Assembly: GCA_049472355.1 (NCBI GenBank)
Contig: JBLIRP010000002.1
Coordinates: 35,252 to 99,251 of the forward strand
Reading direction: 5' to 3'
Origin: a bacterium
GTDB lineage: Bacteria; SZUA-182; DTGQ01; JAFGSM01
Length of the DNA: 64,000 nucleotides
Below the pieces are notes generated by a model. The model worked only from the letters and a program-made list of their open reading frames with translations, did no database searches and had not been told where the DNA came from. Positions 29,845 to 40,429 of the stretch are shown one piece after another. Position numbers and translations under genes: made by a program. The stretch's first letter is position 1, and each line of letters begins with the position of its first letter.

Positions 29845-32800
29845 CTATTGCGTCCTTTTTTTGGATGACGGTAATTTGAGTCCCAAGGAATTTATCTTCC
29901 TAAAGAGGGTTGCCTTGTGAATACCTAATTGGCGGGCTGTTTTAATTCGACTCCAGTCATTTTGTCTCAATATATTCATCAAAAAGGCTGCTTCCATTTT
30001 CATAAAGGTTGTGAGATCTCTGTTCTTTGAATAGTCAATAGATAGGGAGGCGAATAACGACTCAGGCAGATCCTCTTTTCCTATCTTTTCAGATTGACAT
30101 AGGACGAAGCTCCGCTCTATTATATTCTCCAATTCCCTGATATTACCAGGATAGTCATAGGACAATAGACATATCATTGCTTCTTCAGTTATCCCTGTGA
30201 TCTTTTTTCCCCGCTGCCTATTCAATTGTTCTATGAAATGATTGACCAACAAAGGCACGTCCTCCAGGCGTTCTCTCAATGGAGGCAGATCCAGTCTGAC
30301 CACATTTATCCGGTAATATAAATCCTCCCTGAACCTTCCCTCTTTAACCAGATCCATGAGATTTTTGTTGGTTGCGGTTATAATACGCACATTTGCCTTG
30401 ATGGTCTTTACGGAACCCAACGGCTCATATACCCTTTCTTGCAGGAACCGCAAAAGACGAACCTGCATCGCCGGTGATATATCGCCTATTTCATCCAGAA
30501 AAAGGCTCCCTCCCTCTGCAATAGCAAATCGACCCATTTTATCCTTTTTGGCGTCGGTAAAGGCGCCTGCCTTGTAGCCGAACAATTCCGATTCCAACAG
30601 GGTATCAGGGAGAGCGCCGCAGTTGACGATAATAAAGGCTTTGTCCTTTCTAGGGCTCAAATTATGAATGGCTTGTGCGATTAAATGCTTCCCGGTTCCA
30701 CTTTCTCCATGTATCAAAACCGTGCTCACACTTTCAGCGACCGAAGGAAGTATGTCGAAAAGTTCCCAGAGTTTTTTATTCCGCCCGATGATCCCCTCAA
30801 ATCTAAAGCTCTGGCCATCGTCCTTACCCTCAAGGTCGTATTTTATGCCTGCAAAATCCCTATGTCCCTTTTTCTCTTCTCTCTTCACAGGGAACTGGTA
30901 AGGCTCAGAAGCGCTATATCTGCCCGTCTTTTGCCTGGGCAGGAGAATCCCTGTCTTTCCGTTCTCATATACTGATTCCTTGATACCATGAAGCAAGACA
31001 GCAATCTTTATGACGTTGCCCTGCTCGTCCCCAATAGGATAAAAACTCATATGCAACTCATCGTCACCCGACCTATTTTCATATTCGACCGTCTTGGCAG
31101 AATGTATGGTCTCCTCGATCTTTGCCTTTATCTTTTCCGAGCGATCCGGCGAAAAGAGATTGCAGAAATCCCAGCCCAGAATATCCTCAGTCTTTTTACC
31201 AAGATATTTTTCGGCCCTTTCATTTAATGCAACAAGCACACCTGTTGTATCCAATAAAAAGGCGGAATCATTAAAGGCATTCAAAAAGGCCTTTTCTGTC
31301 TCAAGTCTGTCTTTTTCGATTTCAATAGACGCCTTCTTGTCTGTAATATTCTTGATGATAATCAGTTTGGCTGCAGGATTTCCATGGGTATCCAGAATAT
31401 AGGACCTTAGTATTTCCGACAAAAATGGCTTGCCATCCGTTCCGGGATACCAAACCCCGGCAGAAAACTCCTCCTTTCCATTGTTTTGAAATTCATTCAT
31501 ATCGATATATTTCTTCTGTTGAGGAGAAAGACAATCGTACAAATTTCTTCCAATTATTTCTTTTTCCTTTAAGCCATGCATGGTAACAAATGCCTTGTTA
31601 ACGTACAGCAAATCATCATTCATATCCATTATGGCTATTCCTTCTTCACTATGCTTCAAGAAGGACGAAAATATTTCAAAACGTTCTTCCATCTCCTGGT
31701 TATCGGTTCTTTTTCGAACAGATGAAATCAAATATTTATTTACACCTATTTTAAAAATACTCGTTGATCCACAAGCATTAATTATTTTTCCATTCTTATG
31801 AAGATAGCTGGTTTCAAATATCGTGGAACCTTTTTGCATAGTTCCTTTTTTGATCCCAGCCGTTGTTTCAGAATCTTCTTCAGACTGCAAATCCTTGAGT
31901 CTCATGCACGCCAACTCTTCAACCGAATAGCCAACGAGGTCAGAAAATGCATGATTTGTATAGATAAAGTTCCCTTGCATATCGGTCATAAAAAAACCTT
32001 CAGCAAAGATATCGAACATCTTCCTGTTTCTTAAGATTTCCTTCTTCAGGACACCATGGATTTTCGGAAAGTCGCTGATGTCCTTGAAATTTTCGATAAT
32101 TCCTATAAATTCACCACCATGTCCGTAGAAAGGCATCGCTGTCAGGACGCACGGAACCTTTGATACGTCCTTGACTTTGACTGTGATCTTTTTTTCCATG
32201 CGAGCCAATTTATCCTCCGGAAGCTTTATCATGGGACAATCACTGGTATGACATAAGGAGGAAGTGAATAATTCATAGCACTTCTTGCCTTTTAATTCAT
32301 CCCTCGGTATATCGATTATTTTCAAGAGCGTGTTGTTTGCCTGAAGCATATTGAAATTGATATCTATTATTCCCATGCCGTCGGCCGCTGTATTGAATAT
32401 TTGATCGATTTCCGCATAGGCCAATCTGATCGTTTCCTCCGCAGCCCTCAATTCAGCCTTCTCCTTGTCGAGTAATGTTCTTGTTAGAAGAAGATTATCG
32501 TTATTTTCCACCACCTTTTTCTGCATCTCTTTATGAGCCTTACGAAGCATCTCGACATCACGCCTTTTTTCGGTGATGTCTCTGCAATGCGTAAACATAC
32601 CTTTAAATTTTCCAATTTCATCACAAATTGCGGTTATTTTACACCAGATTGGTATCTGCTTACCATTTTTAGTTATTATTTCGAGTTCAAGCTCGGAATT
32701 ACCGTATTCCTTGATTTCCGGTATCTTTTGTATGAATAACTTCTTATATTTTTCAACCATACAATTTTCTAACATATTGCCAATAATCTCTTTTCTATTG

Positions 32801-33675
32801 ATACCTGTCAGTTCAATAAAAGCATCATTGCAATCAAGGACAACTCCGTCTGTATCAAGGACGACTATTCCATCTGAAGCAATCTTGAATAATAGCCGAT
32901 ATTTGTTTTCACTCTTTCTGAGTGCCAGTCCCATCTTTTTATGCTCAATTGCATTGGCGAAAATCTCTCCCACGATTCTCAAAAGTGCAATTATATCGAT
33001 CTCCCATGACTTTTTGTTTCGAATCGAAGCGAAACCGACAAATCCAATAAAAGATCTTCCACAAAACATCGGTACATTGATGAGCGATTGGATCTTATGG
33101 GCTTTCAAATATTCCTTTATCTCGATCAAAAGGTCCTGTGAAAAATCAAGGTGCAGGAGACTCTCTTTTTTAATCTTCTTGTCAAACCACGGAAATTCGT
33201 CTTCGATTAAGCCTCCTTTGATTCCCTGAATCTGCGGCTTCACCTCTTCAGCACACCATTCATAGACATCGCTGATACTTTTTCCATCATCACTAAAAAG
33301 AACTACATACGTTCTATCGACATCAACAAAACGACCTATGGTTTCCAATGCCTTATTTATTGCTTCATCTGTCTCCTCGGGCAAGAGTTTAATAAAATCC
33401 GTAGATAGTGTCGCAATAAGCTTTTCCAATTCGGCGCGATAGTGCAAGGCTTCCTCGGCCTTTTTTCGTTCCAAGACTTCCTGTCTTAGCTGGGTGTTGG
33501 CTGCAATTAAGTCAGCGGTCTGCTCGGTTATCCTTTTCTCCCGATCATCATATTCCCTGCGCAGCGCCTGCCTGAGCACATCCTCAAATCTTTGGTGCTT
33601 GGCCACCTGCATTTCCAACTGGGAAATATGTTTCTTAAGGTCTTTATTTTCCTTATTCTTATCCTTTTTTTGCAT
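29845..33675 (-). CDS. Sigma54-dependent enhancer-binding protein with GAF and multiple PAS domains
   Basis: GESGTGK, ESELFG, GAFTDA, FLDEIG, FREDLYYR, PGNIRELEN, Fis-type HTH; one GAF and about 5 PAS repeats. Confidence 0.95.
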   Translation of the reverse strand: MQKKDKNKENKDLKKHISQLEMQVAKHQRFEDVLRQALRREYDDREKRITEQTADLIAANTQLRQEVLERKKAEEALHYRAELEKLIATLSTDFIKLLPEETDEAINKALETIGRFVDVDRTYVVLFSDDGKSISDVYEWCAEEVKPQIQGIKGGLIEDEFPWFDKKIKKESLLHLDFSQDLLIEIKEYLKAHKIQSLINVPMFCGRSFIGFVGFASIRNKKSWEIDIIALLRIVGEIFANAIEHKKMGLALRKSENKYRLLFKIASDGIVVLDTDGVVLDCNDAFIELTGINRKEIIGNMLENCMVEKYKKLFIQKIPEIKEYGNSELELEIITKNGKQIPIWCKITAICDEIGKFKGMFTHCRDITEKRRDVEMLRKAHKEMQKKVVENNDNLLLTRTLLDKEKAELRAAEETIRLAYAEIDQIFNTAADGMGIIDINFNMLQANNTLLKIIDIPRDELKGKKCYELFTSSLCHTSDCPMIKLPEDKLARMEKKITVKVKDVSKVPCVLTAMPFYGHGGEFIGIIENFKDISDFPKIHGVLKKEILRNRKMFDIFAEGFFMTDMQGNFIYTNHAFSDLVGYSVEELACMRLKDLQSEEDSETTAGIKKGTMQKGSTIFETSYLHKNGKIINACGSTSIFKIGVNKYLISSVRKRTDNQEMEERFEIFSSFLKHSEEGIAIMDMNDDLLYVNKAFVTMHGLKEKEIIGRNLYDCLSPQQKKYIDMNEFQNNGKEEFSAGVWYPGTDGKPFLSEILRSYILDTHGNPAAKLIIIKNITDKKASIEIEKDRLETEKAFLNAFNDSAFLLDTTGVLVALNERAEKYLGKKTEDILGWDFCNLFSPDRSEKIKAKIEETIHSAKTVEYENRSGDDELHMSFYPIGDEQGNVIKIAVLLHGIKESVYENGKTGILLPRQKTGRYSASEPYQFPVKREEKKGHRDFAGIKYDLEGKDDGQSFRFEGIIGRNKKLWELFDILPSVAESVSTVLIHGESGTGKHLIAQAIHNLSPRKDKAFIIVNCGALPDTLLESELFGYKAGAFTDAKKDKMGRFAIAEGGSLFLDEIGDISPAMQVRLLRFLQERVYEPLGSVKTIKANVRIITATNKNLMDLVKEGRFREDLYYRINVVRLDLPPLRERLEDVPLLVNHFIEQLNRQRGKKITGITEEAMICLLSYDYPGNIRELENIIERSFVLCQSEKIGKEDLPESLFASLSIDYSKNRDLTTFMKMEAAFLMNILRQNDWSRIKTARQLGIHKATLFRKINSLGLKLPSSKKRTQ

Positions 33676-33783
33676 TGTAGTAACTCAGATCACCAAAATA
33701 GATTGAATAACATATCTTATTACCTAACCGCAGTATATCTTCATTGACCTCAGCACAGGCTCTATTTTAGCCCTATTATGGAT

Positions 33784-34779
33784 TCATACCCATAAAAAAT
33801 TTGTCTCATAGGCTCTGACATCATTCGCATTAAAGCTATGAAGCATATAGGAGGCTGGAACATAGAGTTCTTCTATAAAATATTTCGTTAAAATTTCCAC
33901 TATCTCGCCCTCGGTTGTTTTATGGGAGTATGGCGGTGATTGTAACCCAAGGTTGGTCAATCCCTCACTCAGTTCCTCTTTTGTAAAACCTCGGGACAAA
34001 TTATTCATATGCTCCAAAAAACTCTTTAGCTTAAGATCATTGGGTATTATTTTCATAAAATTCGATTTTTCAGAATGTTTAAAATAGGGGCTTTTGATAA
34101 GCTTGAATATCAAGAGGGCCACGAGAGGTGTGCTGCAATTCCCCAAGGTATAACAGATGGTATCGTTGATCAGAGAAACCGTTTTTGTATCAAGCCCCTT
34201 AACCTGCTTAATATCAAAAATGAACTTAACTACCCCGATTCCTGACATAAAATCCTTTGATATGAGAAGCCTAAGGGTATCCTGTCCCACCATTTCCATT
34301 AATGCGTTTTTTTTAAAGCGCATCAATCTGCTCAAGCTGTTCCACACGATAAGCTGCGTGTAGTGCTTCTCATTGCAGCTTCTTGCCAGGGTAAGAAGGA
34401 TGTCACTGCAACACTCCAGATCTCTATTTTGGATGACTTGTGCCGTGAGCATCACCCCTATCGTGTGAGCGATGAAGGCCTTGCGATGATTGTCATGTGC
34501 AGTAGTAATTTTTGAGCCAAAGGCAAACTTCGTGTAATATCGCACGCCGTTTACTTCTGAATGATCACATAGGGCAGACCTGAAAACCTGAAGTGACTCG
34601 GATAAATCCCCCCCTTTTAGGATATCTCCTATCCTTCTTCTGGTCAAGACTATATGGCCTCTGTTTTCGAATGTCCTTTCTTTTAAGAGACCATAAATGT
34701 AATACACAAAAAGGGATAGGATGCCTATGGCCGGGATGAGTGCAATTACCGCTAATCCAATAACCAATGCCGACAGCAT
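33784..34779 (-). CDS. Unrecognised membrane-anchored protein, paralog 2
   Basis: Colinear with 9658-10656; start MLSAL (ATG 34779) chosen because it gives 331 aa versus 332 aa for paralog 1. Confidence 0.85.
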   Translation of the reverse strand: MLSALVIGLAVIALIPAIGILSLFVYYIYGLLKERTFENRGHIVLTRRRIGDILKGGDLSESLQVFRSALCDHSEVNGVRYYTKFAFGSKITTAHDNHRKAFIAHTIGVMLTAQVIQNRDLECCSDILLTLARSCNEKHYTQLIVWNSLSRLMRFKKNALMEMVGQDTLRLLISKDFMSGIGVVKFIFDIKQVKGLDTKTVSLINDTICYTLGNCSTPLVALLIFKLIKSPYFKHSEKSNFMKIIPNDLKLKSFLEHMNNLSRGFTKEELSEGLTNLGLQSPPYSHKTTEGEIVEILTKYFIEELYVPASYMLHSFNANDVRAYETNFLWV

Positions 34780-35028
34780 CCATGTAATCCTTTTTCTAAA
34801 AACATCCGGGATGCAAATGAATGGGAATAAATTCGCCAAAAAGTAATTTAATGATATAATCAAGGAATAAATTGCTCATATCATGATTAGATCATAAATC
34901 AAAAAAACCCTCTTTTCAAATATAAGAATTGAAATGCGAAAAAAATCTGGTATACTATATTTTAGCAAATATTATTCACAATAATAATTTTTCATTTTCT
35001 ATTTCAATATGGTGAAAGGAGAATAATC

Positions 35029-35964
35029 ATGGGGCATCCGATACAGAAGGCAAATATTCTCATTATCGATGAGGTGGAATCCGCTAAGTCCCTGATGGAT
35101 CTTCTTAAAAAGGAAAATTTCAGGGTCAGCCCCGCAGAGAATATTGCCGATGCACTACATAAGGCAGCCAACGAGATCTTCGACATCATCCTTCTGGAAA
35201 TCAACCTACCGGCTATAAACGGTTTGAAAGGCCTGCTCGATCTCCGCAGGGTATCCCCTCATTCGCATGTCATTGTGATGACATCCTCCCCATCCGTGGA
35301 AACCGCGGTATCCACCATGAAAAGCGGCGCGGTCGACTATCTCGTGAAGCCCATAAAAAATGATGACTTCCTCGATATTATCCGCACAAATATTCATATC
35401 GACCTCAAGGACGATATCCTCACCAAGCTGGGAGAAAAGATAAAGTCCATCCGGAAGGGCAAGGGCATCAAGATAAAGCAACTGAGCAGCCGTTCCGGAC
35501 TTACCGAAAGCTCCATATCCATGATCGAGAACGGCAAGATATCACCCTCCATCACCACCATCAATAAGATCGCTGTGGCCCTCGGCGTCCATCCGATCGA
35601 ATTCTTTGAGATCGAACGTCATAAGCGGTGGATTGTAACGAGAAAGAATGAACGTGAGAGGGTTCAGATTTCGGGCAACGAGAATGTCCTCGAGTACCTC
35701 TGCAAGGAGAAGGGTTCGTCCAAAAACGAGATCTATATCTCGAATCTCGCCATGAATCAGAAATCCTATGAGGAACGGCTCAACCACGAGGGGGAAAAAT
35801 TCTGCATAGTCCTTAGGGGAACGATCGACGTCGAACTGGGAAGCGAAATCATCACCCTCAACGAGGGAGATACGATCCTCTTCGACTCCATGATCCCTCA
35901 TCTCTGGAGAAGCTCAAAGTCCAAGGAAAGCCGCTCGCTCTGGTTGATATCGCGCAATGCCTGA
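35029..35964 (+). CDS. Receiver-XRE HTH-cupin transcriptional regulator
   Basis: REC fold (GAVDYLVKP), ISMIENGKISPS HTH, HEGE...GD...FDS..PH cupin. Confidence 0.9.
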   Translation: MGHPIQKANILIIDEVESAKSLMDLLKKENFRVSPAENIADALHKAANEIFDIILLEINLPAINGLKGLLDLRRVSPHSHVIVMTSSPSVETAVSTMKSGAVDYLVKPIKNDDFLDIIRTNIHIDLKDDILTKLGEKIKSIRKGKGIKIKQLSSRSGLTESSISMIENGKISPSITTINKIAVALGVHPIEFFEIERHKRWIVTRKNERERVQISGNENVLEYLCKEKGSSKNEIYISNLAMNQKSYEERLNHEGEKFCIVLRGTIDVELGSEIITLNEGDTILFDSMIPHLWRSSKSKESRSLWLISRNA

Positions 35965-36042
35965 TGCGTCGTGGCAACAACCCCGACAAGGGGCGTGTGC
36001 ACGGAAAGCCCCCTGCCCCGGGCAGGTCCGCGCATTGCTTGA

Positions 36043-36213
36043 TCAGTCGAGTTTGACGGCCTCGTCAATGAGCATGATGGGGATATCATCCTTTATGGGA
36101 TAGAGCAGTTTACAGGCGTTGCATACCAGGCCGTCTTCCTCCTTGGTGAGTACGAGATCACCCTTGCACTTCGGGCAGGCAAGAATTTCCAAAAGCTTCT
36201 GATCAATGGACAT
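36043..36213 (-). CDS. Trm112/YcaR-family protein
   Basis: Hand translation MSIDQKLLEILACPKCKGDL...C..C...YPIKDDIPIMLIDEA (56 aa); SD AGGAG; below ORF-track cutoff. Confidence 0.93.
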   Translation of the reverse strand: MSIDQKLLEILACPKCKGDLVLTKEEDGLVCNACKLLYPIKDDIPIMLIDEAVKLD

Positions 36214-36260
36214 TTGCACCCGCTCCTTTCATCGCAAATGATTGAAAACATGCTGTGCCA

Positions 36261-37208
36261 TCATTGCCGGGCATGGCATTCCGTGAACCATTCAAACTCC
36301 CGCTTGAGCCCCTTTTCAAGCGTTACCTTTGCCTTGTAGCCGAGGCACATCCGTGCCTTTGATACATCCGCGTAGGTGTGCCTGACATCCCCTTTCTGCG
36401 TCTCTATGAACTGGCGGGGGATTTTTTTGTTGGCGACCCTCTCCAGGATGCTCAATACCTGGTTGAGGCTCACCCTGCTGCCTCCCCCGATATTGAAGAC
36501 CTCGCCTTCCGCCTCCGATTGCACCGCTTGGATGTTCGCATCAATGATGTCGGAGATATAGGTAAAATCCCTTGTCTGCTCGCCGTCCCCGTAAACAGTG
36601 ATCTGCCTGTTCTCCATGCACGCCGTAATAAAGCGGTGGAAGGCCATATCGGGCCTCTGTCTTGGACCGTACACGGTAAAATATCGCAGGCTGACACAGG
36701 GCAGGCCAAAATTCTTTGCATACAGACAGGCAAGGTGCTCCCCTGCCAGCTTGGTTACCCCATAGGGAGAAACAGGCCTTACCACGTTCACCTCCCTCAT
36801 GGGAAGCTCCGGGGTATCACCATACACGGAGGATGAGGAGGCATAGACAAACTTCTTGATCCCCTTTCCCAGACATGCCTCCAGGAGCGCCTGTGTTGCC
36901 TTTATATTGCAATCCGTATAGATCCTGAATTCCTTTCCCCAACTGGCCCTCACCCCCGCCTGAGCAGCCTGGTGGAAGATGAGCTCGCAGTCCTCTACCA
37001 GTTCCTCCAAATTCATGTCGTTGAGGTCGGCCTCTATGAAACGAAATCCGTTATTGTCTCTCAACCCGGCGAGATTCTTCTCCTTCAACTGTCTCGGGTA
37101 ATAATCGATAAAGGCATCAATCCCGACCACGTCATGTCCGAGTTCCAGAAGCCGCTCCGCCAAATGAGAGCCTATGAATCCGGCCACCCCGGTAACAAGA
37201 CAGCGCAT
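36261..37208 (-). CDS. NAD-dependent nucleotide-sugar epimerase (UDP-glucuronate 4-epimerase-like)
   Basis: GVAGFIGS, AAQAGVR, SSSSVYG, YGVTK, YFTVYGPRQRPDMA. Confidence 0.93.
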   Translation of the reverse strand: MRCLVTGVAGFIGSHLAERLLELGHDVVGIDAFIDYYPRQLKEKNLAGLRDNNGFRFIEADLNDMNLEELVEDCELIFHQAAQAGVRASWGKEFRIYTDCNIKATQALLEACLGKGIKKFVYASSSSVYGDTPELPMREVNVVRPVSPYGVTKLAGEHLACLYAKNFGLPCVSLRYFTVYGPRQRPDMAFHRFITACMENRQITVYGDGEQTRDFTYISDIIDANIQAVQSEAEGEVFNIGGGSRVSLNQVLSILERVANKKIPRQFIETQKGDVRHTYADVSKARMCLGYKAKVTLEKGLKREFEWFTECHARQ

Positions 37209-37211
37209 AGT

Positions 37212-38273
37212 TCACTCCTCCTCATTCCTTTTACGTGCGTGCAATACGTAGCTTTCGAGCATCTGTTCGGCGGCGTGCACAACGTCTTCAACCTGTATGG
37301 TATCCATGCAGGCGGGTGATGCGCAATACAATCTCCCGCAGGGGACACAGGGGAGGGTCCCTTGAATCACCCGGTCGCACGTACCACGGGGTCCCCTTGC
37401 CTGCGACGCGGTGGGACCATAGAGCCCCAGCACAGGGACGTGCATCAGCCCGGCCATCTGTATGATTGCGGAATCACCCGCAATGATAAAGCTGCATCCA
37501 CCGATCAAGGCCAGCATGGACTTGCCCCGAGCAGGATAGGCCCGAAGGGGAACCGACCGCATCCGCCGCTCGATCGAGGTGACCATGCCACGCTCTCCGG
37601 GAAACCAGAGGATGAGACAATTCATTCCCAGCTTCTCCGTCATTGCATCGGCCACCCTGGCGTAGTGATCGGCACCCCAGCATCGATTCGTATAGTCGGC
37701 CCCCGGATAGATCCCGATCACCGGCCGGTCGGGAAAGGGAAGCCTCTGCGCGAAGAAGGTGTCCGCCTCTATCCGTGCTTCCTGCGGAATCATGAGCTTC
37801 GGCATTGTGGTCTCGGCCTCGATCCCCATCTCCCGGAGCAGGGAGAGATTTCTCTCCACGTCATGAACAATTCCCTCGGGCTGGGCCGCAATACGCGGAG
37901 ACCACCGCTTCATCAGTCCCCCCTCCCCCTGAACGCCGATCCGGTGCGTGCAGCCCGAAGACATGCCGATAAAGGCGCTCAAGGCGCTCCCCTGGAGATC
38001 CAAAACCACATCAATCGTATCACGCCTCAAACGGAGAAGGGTCATGACCATCTCCCAGACTACCGGTATCGTCCGATGGGGATAGGGAAAATCCCTTATC
38101 CATTCCTTTCTCTTCCACGCATGGAGCACATCGATGTCTTCGTACCCCTCGAGTAGTTCCACCCCGACCTCATCCGTCACCCATACGAGGCGTGCAGGTG
38201 ATACGGCCCTCCTGATTGCCGAGGCCACGGGAAGCGCATGGATGATCTCCGTTTCAGGACCGAACCTGATCAT
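37212..38273 (-). CDS. GT9 LPS heptosyltransferase-like
   Basis: DLQG, PGA....W, GDS...MA...VPVLGLYGPT, PC.PC; start may be a CTG about 13 codons upstream. Confidence 0.85.
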   Translation of the reverse strand: MIRFGPETEIIHALPVASAIRRAVSPARLVWVTDEVGVELLEGYEDIDVLHAWKRKEWIRDFPYPHRTIPVVWEMVMTLLRLRRDTIDVVLDLQGSALSAFIGMSSGCTHRIGVQGEGGLMKRWSPRIAAQPEGIVHDVERNLSLLREMGIEAETTMPKLMIPQEARIEADTFFAQRLPFPDRPVIGIYPGADYTNRCWGADHYARVADAMTEKLGMNCLILWFPGERGMVTSIERRMRSVPLRAYPARGKSMLALIGGCSFIIAGDSAIIQMAGLMHVPVLGLYGPTASQARGPRGTCDRVIQGTLPCVPCGRLYCASPACMDTIQVEDVVHAAEQMLESYVLHARKRNEEE

Positions 38274-38321
38274 GCAGATGCACGGGTGGTCTTTTTCTAC
38301 TCGTTTACCCAGGCCTTTTCC

Positions 38322-38903
38322 TCATGATGACGGGGTTTGATTCCGCAGTATCCAGTCAACCGCCGCACCGATATCCCGGCTGACATGATCAGGCACTGCC
38401 GTATATCCCTGGTGAACATGGCCGTACTCCTGCGCACCATATCCGGTCAACACCAGGACCCCCTTCACCCCGGCATGATGCGCGGTCTCTATATCGGTGA
38501 CGCGGTCGCCGATCAGAAAGGATCGTGACAGGTCGACCGAAAGATCGGATACGGCCTGCTCGATCATACCGGTGCCCGGCTTCCTGCAGCCGCAATCGAT
38601 TCGATAGGGGGCTTCCCCCTCGGTCGGATGATGAGGACAGAAATAGATGCCGTCGAGGCGGGCACCTTCAGCACCTAAAAGGTCCACCAGTCTTTTATTG
38701 ATCGCCAGGACCGCGTCTTCGGAATGATAGCCCCGGGCAACCCCCGATTGATTGCTGATGCATACCGCAAGCAGGCCGTGATCGTTCAGCCTCTTTATGG
38801 CGAGGGCTGCGCCCGGTATAAGGGAGAGCCGCTCCACCTCGTGCAGGTATCCGACCTCCTCATTGATGGTGCCATCCCGATCCAAAAACACCGCAGGTCT
38901 CAT
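38322..38903 (-). CDS. gmhB: D-glycero-D-manno-heptose-1,7-bisphosphate phosphatase
   Basis: FLDRDGTI, NQSGVARG, CPHHP, CRKP, IGDR. Confidence 0.93.
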   Translation of the reverse strand: MRPAVFLDRDGTINEEVGYLHEVERLSLIPGAALAIKRLNDHGLLAVCISNQSGVARGYHSEDAVLAINKRLVDLLGAEGARLDGIYFCPHHPTEGEAPYRIDCGCRKPGTGMIEQAVSDLSVDLSRSFLIGDRVTDIETAHHAGVKGVLVLTGYGAQEYGHVHQGYTAVPDHVSRDIGAAVDWILRNQTPSS

Positions 38904-38928
38904 GTCCCTTATCCTCTTGGTTACTTAA

Positions 38929-39198
38929 TGTTCCGTGGAAGGGAGCGACTTTTGCTTGGGCTCCCTTGCACACGGCCCGTATGGCTCGCTTCGGGGACGC
39001 CTCGACTCGCCCTTCGGGCCAAAAAATGAAGCAAGCCTTCAAGCTTTTCAAAAGAAGCCTTTTTATAATAGCTTCGCTTTGCTCTGACAGAGACAGGCCG
39101 TAGTGCTCGTCGGCAGATGCACAAGCGCGATTCCTTCCCCGCACACGCCGGGTATTGAGCGATTTCGATATCCTGTCCCGCAATACATGGAACAGCCT
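38929..39198. mobile_element. Possible MITE/REP-like insertion between lpxK and gmhB
   Basis: Ends TGTTCCGTG / CATGGAACA are inverted; internal GCCCTTCGGGC hairpin; interrupts an otherwise tight operon. Confidence 0.35.
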
Positions 39199-39298
39199 TG
39201 CAACCACGGCCCACTGCGGAATTGGGATCCATCCCGTCGGGAATGGAGGACATACAACCTTCATGGCTGCATATGCCTAAGAGTTATAACGAATTGTA

Positions 39299-40399
39299 TC
39301 AGGAAAATACCCCTTGGACAAGAATTGAAAGGGCGCCTAGTCCACGGGTGCCCTTCAACTTCATTCTCATGATCAACATGAATACCCTGTCCCTTCCCTC
39401 CCTGGGGAGGCGCACCCCGTCCTTTTCGGTGGTGACCAGGCATTCCGCGCCGCACGCGCTGGCTGTCTCCCGCATATGCGCAATCTCACCGGGCGAGAAC
39501 CAGTGATGATCGGAAAAGACACGACGGTGCGCAATCCTCGCTCCCAACGCCTCCAGTTGGTCAAAAAACGCACCAGGGTCGGCGATCCCGGCAAAGGCGA
39601 GCACCGGTCGTTTCCGCAACAGGCCTATGGACACGGATTCCCCGCGGCTATCGGCTGGCACCAGGGCCTCGGGTTCATAGGTGGTTTCGAGAACAGGGAC
39701 CCGGCCATTGTAATTGCGGATGCGCTTGATAATGGGATCGATCAACTGACCGGGCATGGACTTGTTCACCAGTATCAGCGACGCCCGGCAAAGCGCGCTG
39801 GCAGGTTCCCGGAGACGCCCCAGGGGCAGCAGATTATCACCGCCGAAGGGGTCACGTGCGTTGATCACCACGACGTCCCTGTCCCTGAACAGTCGACGGT
39901 GTTGAAATCCGTCATCGAGGAGAAAGCAGTCCGGCCCGAACCTCCGGAACGCCAGCATGCCCGATGCATACCGGTCCCTTCCCACCACCACCGGGACATC
40001 AGGCATCCATCGCGCAAGCATAGCCGGTTCATCACCCGATTCCTCAGGTCCTGTCAGGATACCCTTTCCATCAGAGACCACCGTGATCCTTTCCCCTCCC
40101 CGCCGTTTATATCCCCGGGTGAGGATCACGGGATGCCTGCCCTGCTCCCGCAATACCCTTGCAATCATGCCCACTACCGGCGTCTTGCCGGCTCCCCCCA
40201 CCGTCAGGTTCCCCACGGATAACACCGGGCAGGGAAGGCGGCGTGTGGCAATGATACCGTGTGCGAATGCCGCCTCCCGGGCCCGAACCGCAGCCCCGTA
40301 GAGCAGTGACAAAGCGGCAAGAGGGGGCCTCAGCAGGGGATTCGCCTGGGCGTGTTCCTGCATCGCCGTCCTTGCATCTTTATGAGAGCAACCGCTCAT
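39299..40399 (-). CDS. lpxK: Tetraacyldisaccharide 4'-kinase
   Basis: VGNLTVGGAGKTP, RGY, GDEP, LDDGFQH, LPLGRLRE, TTEKD. Confidence 0.96.
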   Translation of the reverse strand: MSGCSHKDARTAMQEHAQANPLLRPPLAALSLLYGAAVRAREAAFAHGIIATRRLPCPVLSVGNLTVGGAGKTPVVGMIARVLREQGRHPVILTRGYKRRGGERITVVSDGKGILTGPEESGDEPAMLARWMPDVPVVVGRDRYASGMLAFRRFGPDCFLLDDGFQHRRLFRDRDVVVINARDPFGGDNLLPLGRLREPASALCRASLILVNKSMPGQLIDPIIKRIRNYNGRVPVLETTYEPEALVPADSRGESVSIGLLRKRPVLAFAGIADPGAFFDQLEALGARIAHRRVFSDHHWFSPGEIAHMRETASACGAECLVTTEKDGVRLPREGRDRVFMLIMRMKLKGTRGLGALSILVQGVFS

Positions 40400-40429
40400 G
40401 TGAGCAACTCATCCCCTCCCCGGAAATGT

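Noticed and set aside
36050..36075. TTTGACGGCCTCGTCAA as a REP end
   Set aside because: It is coding sequence of the Trm112-family gene
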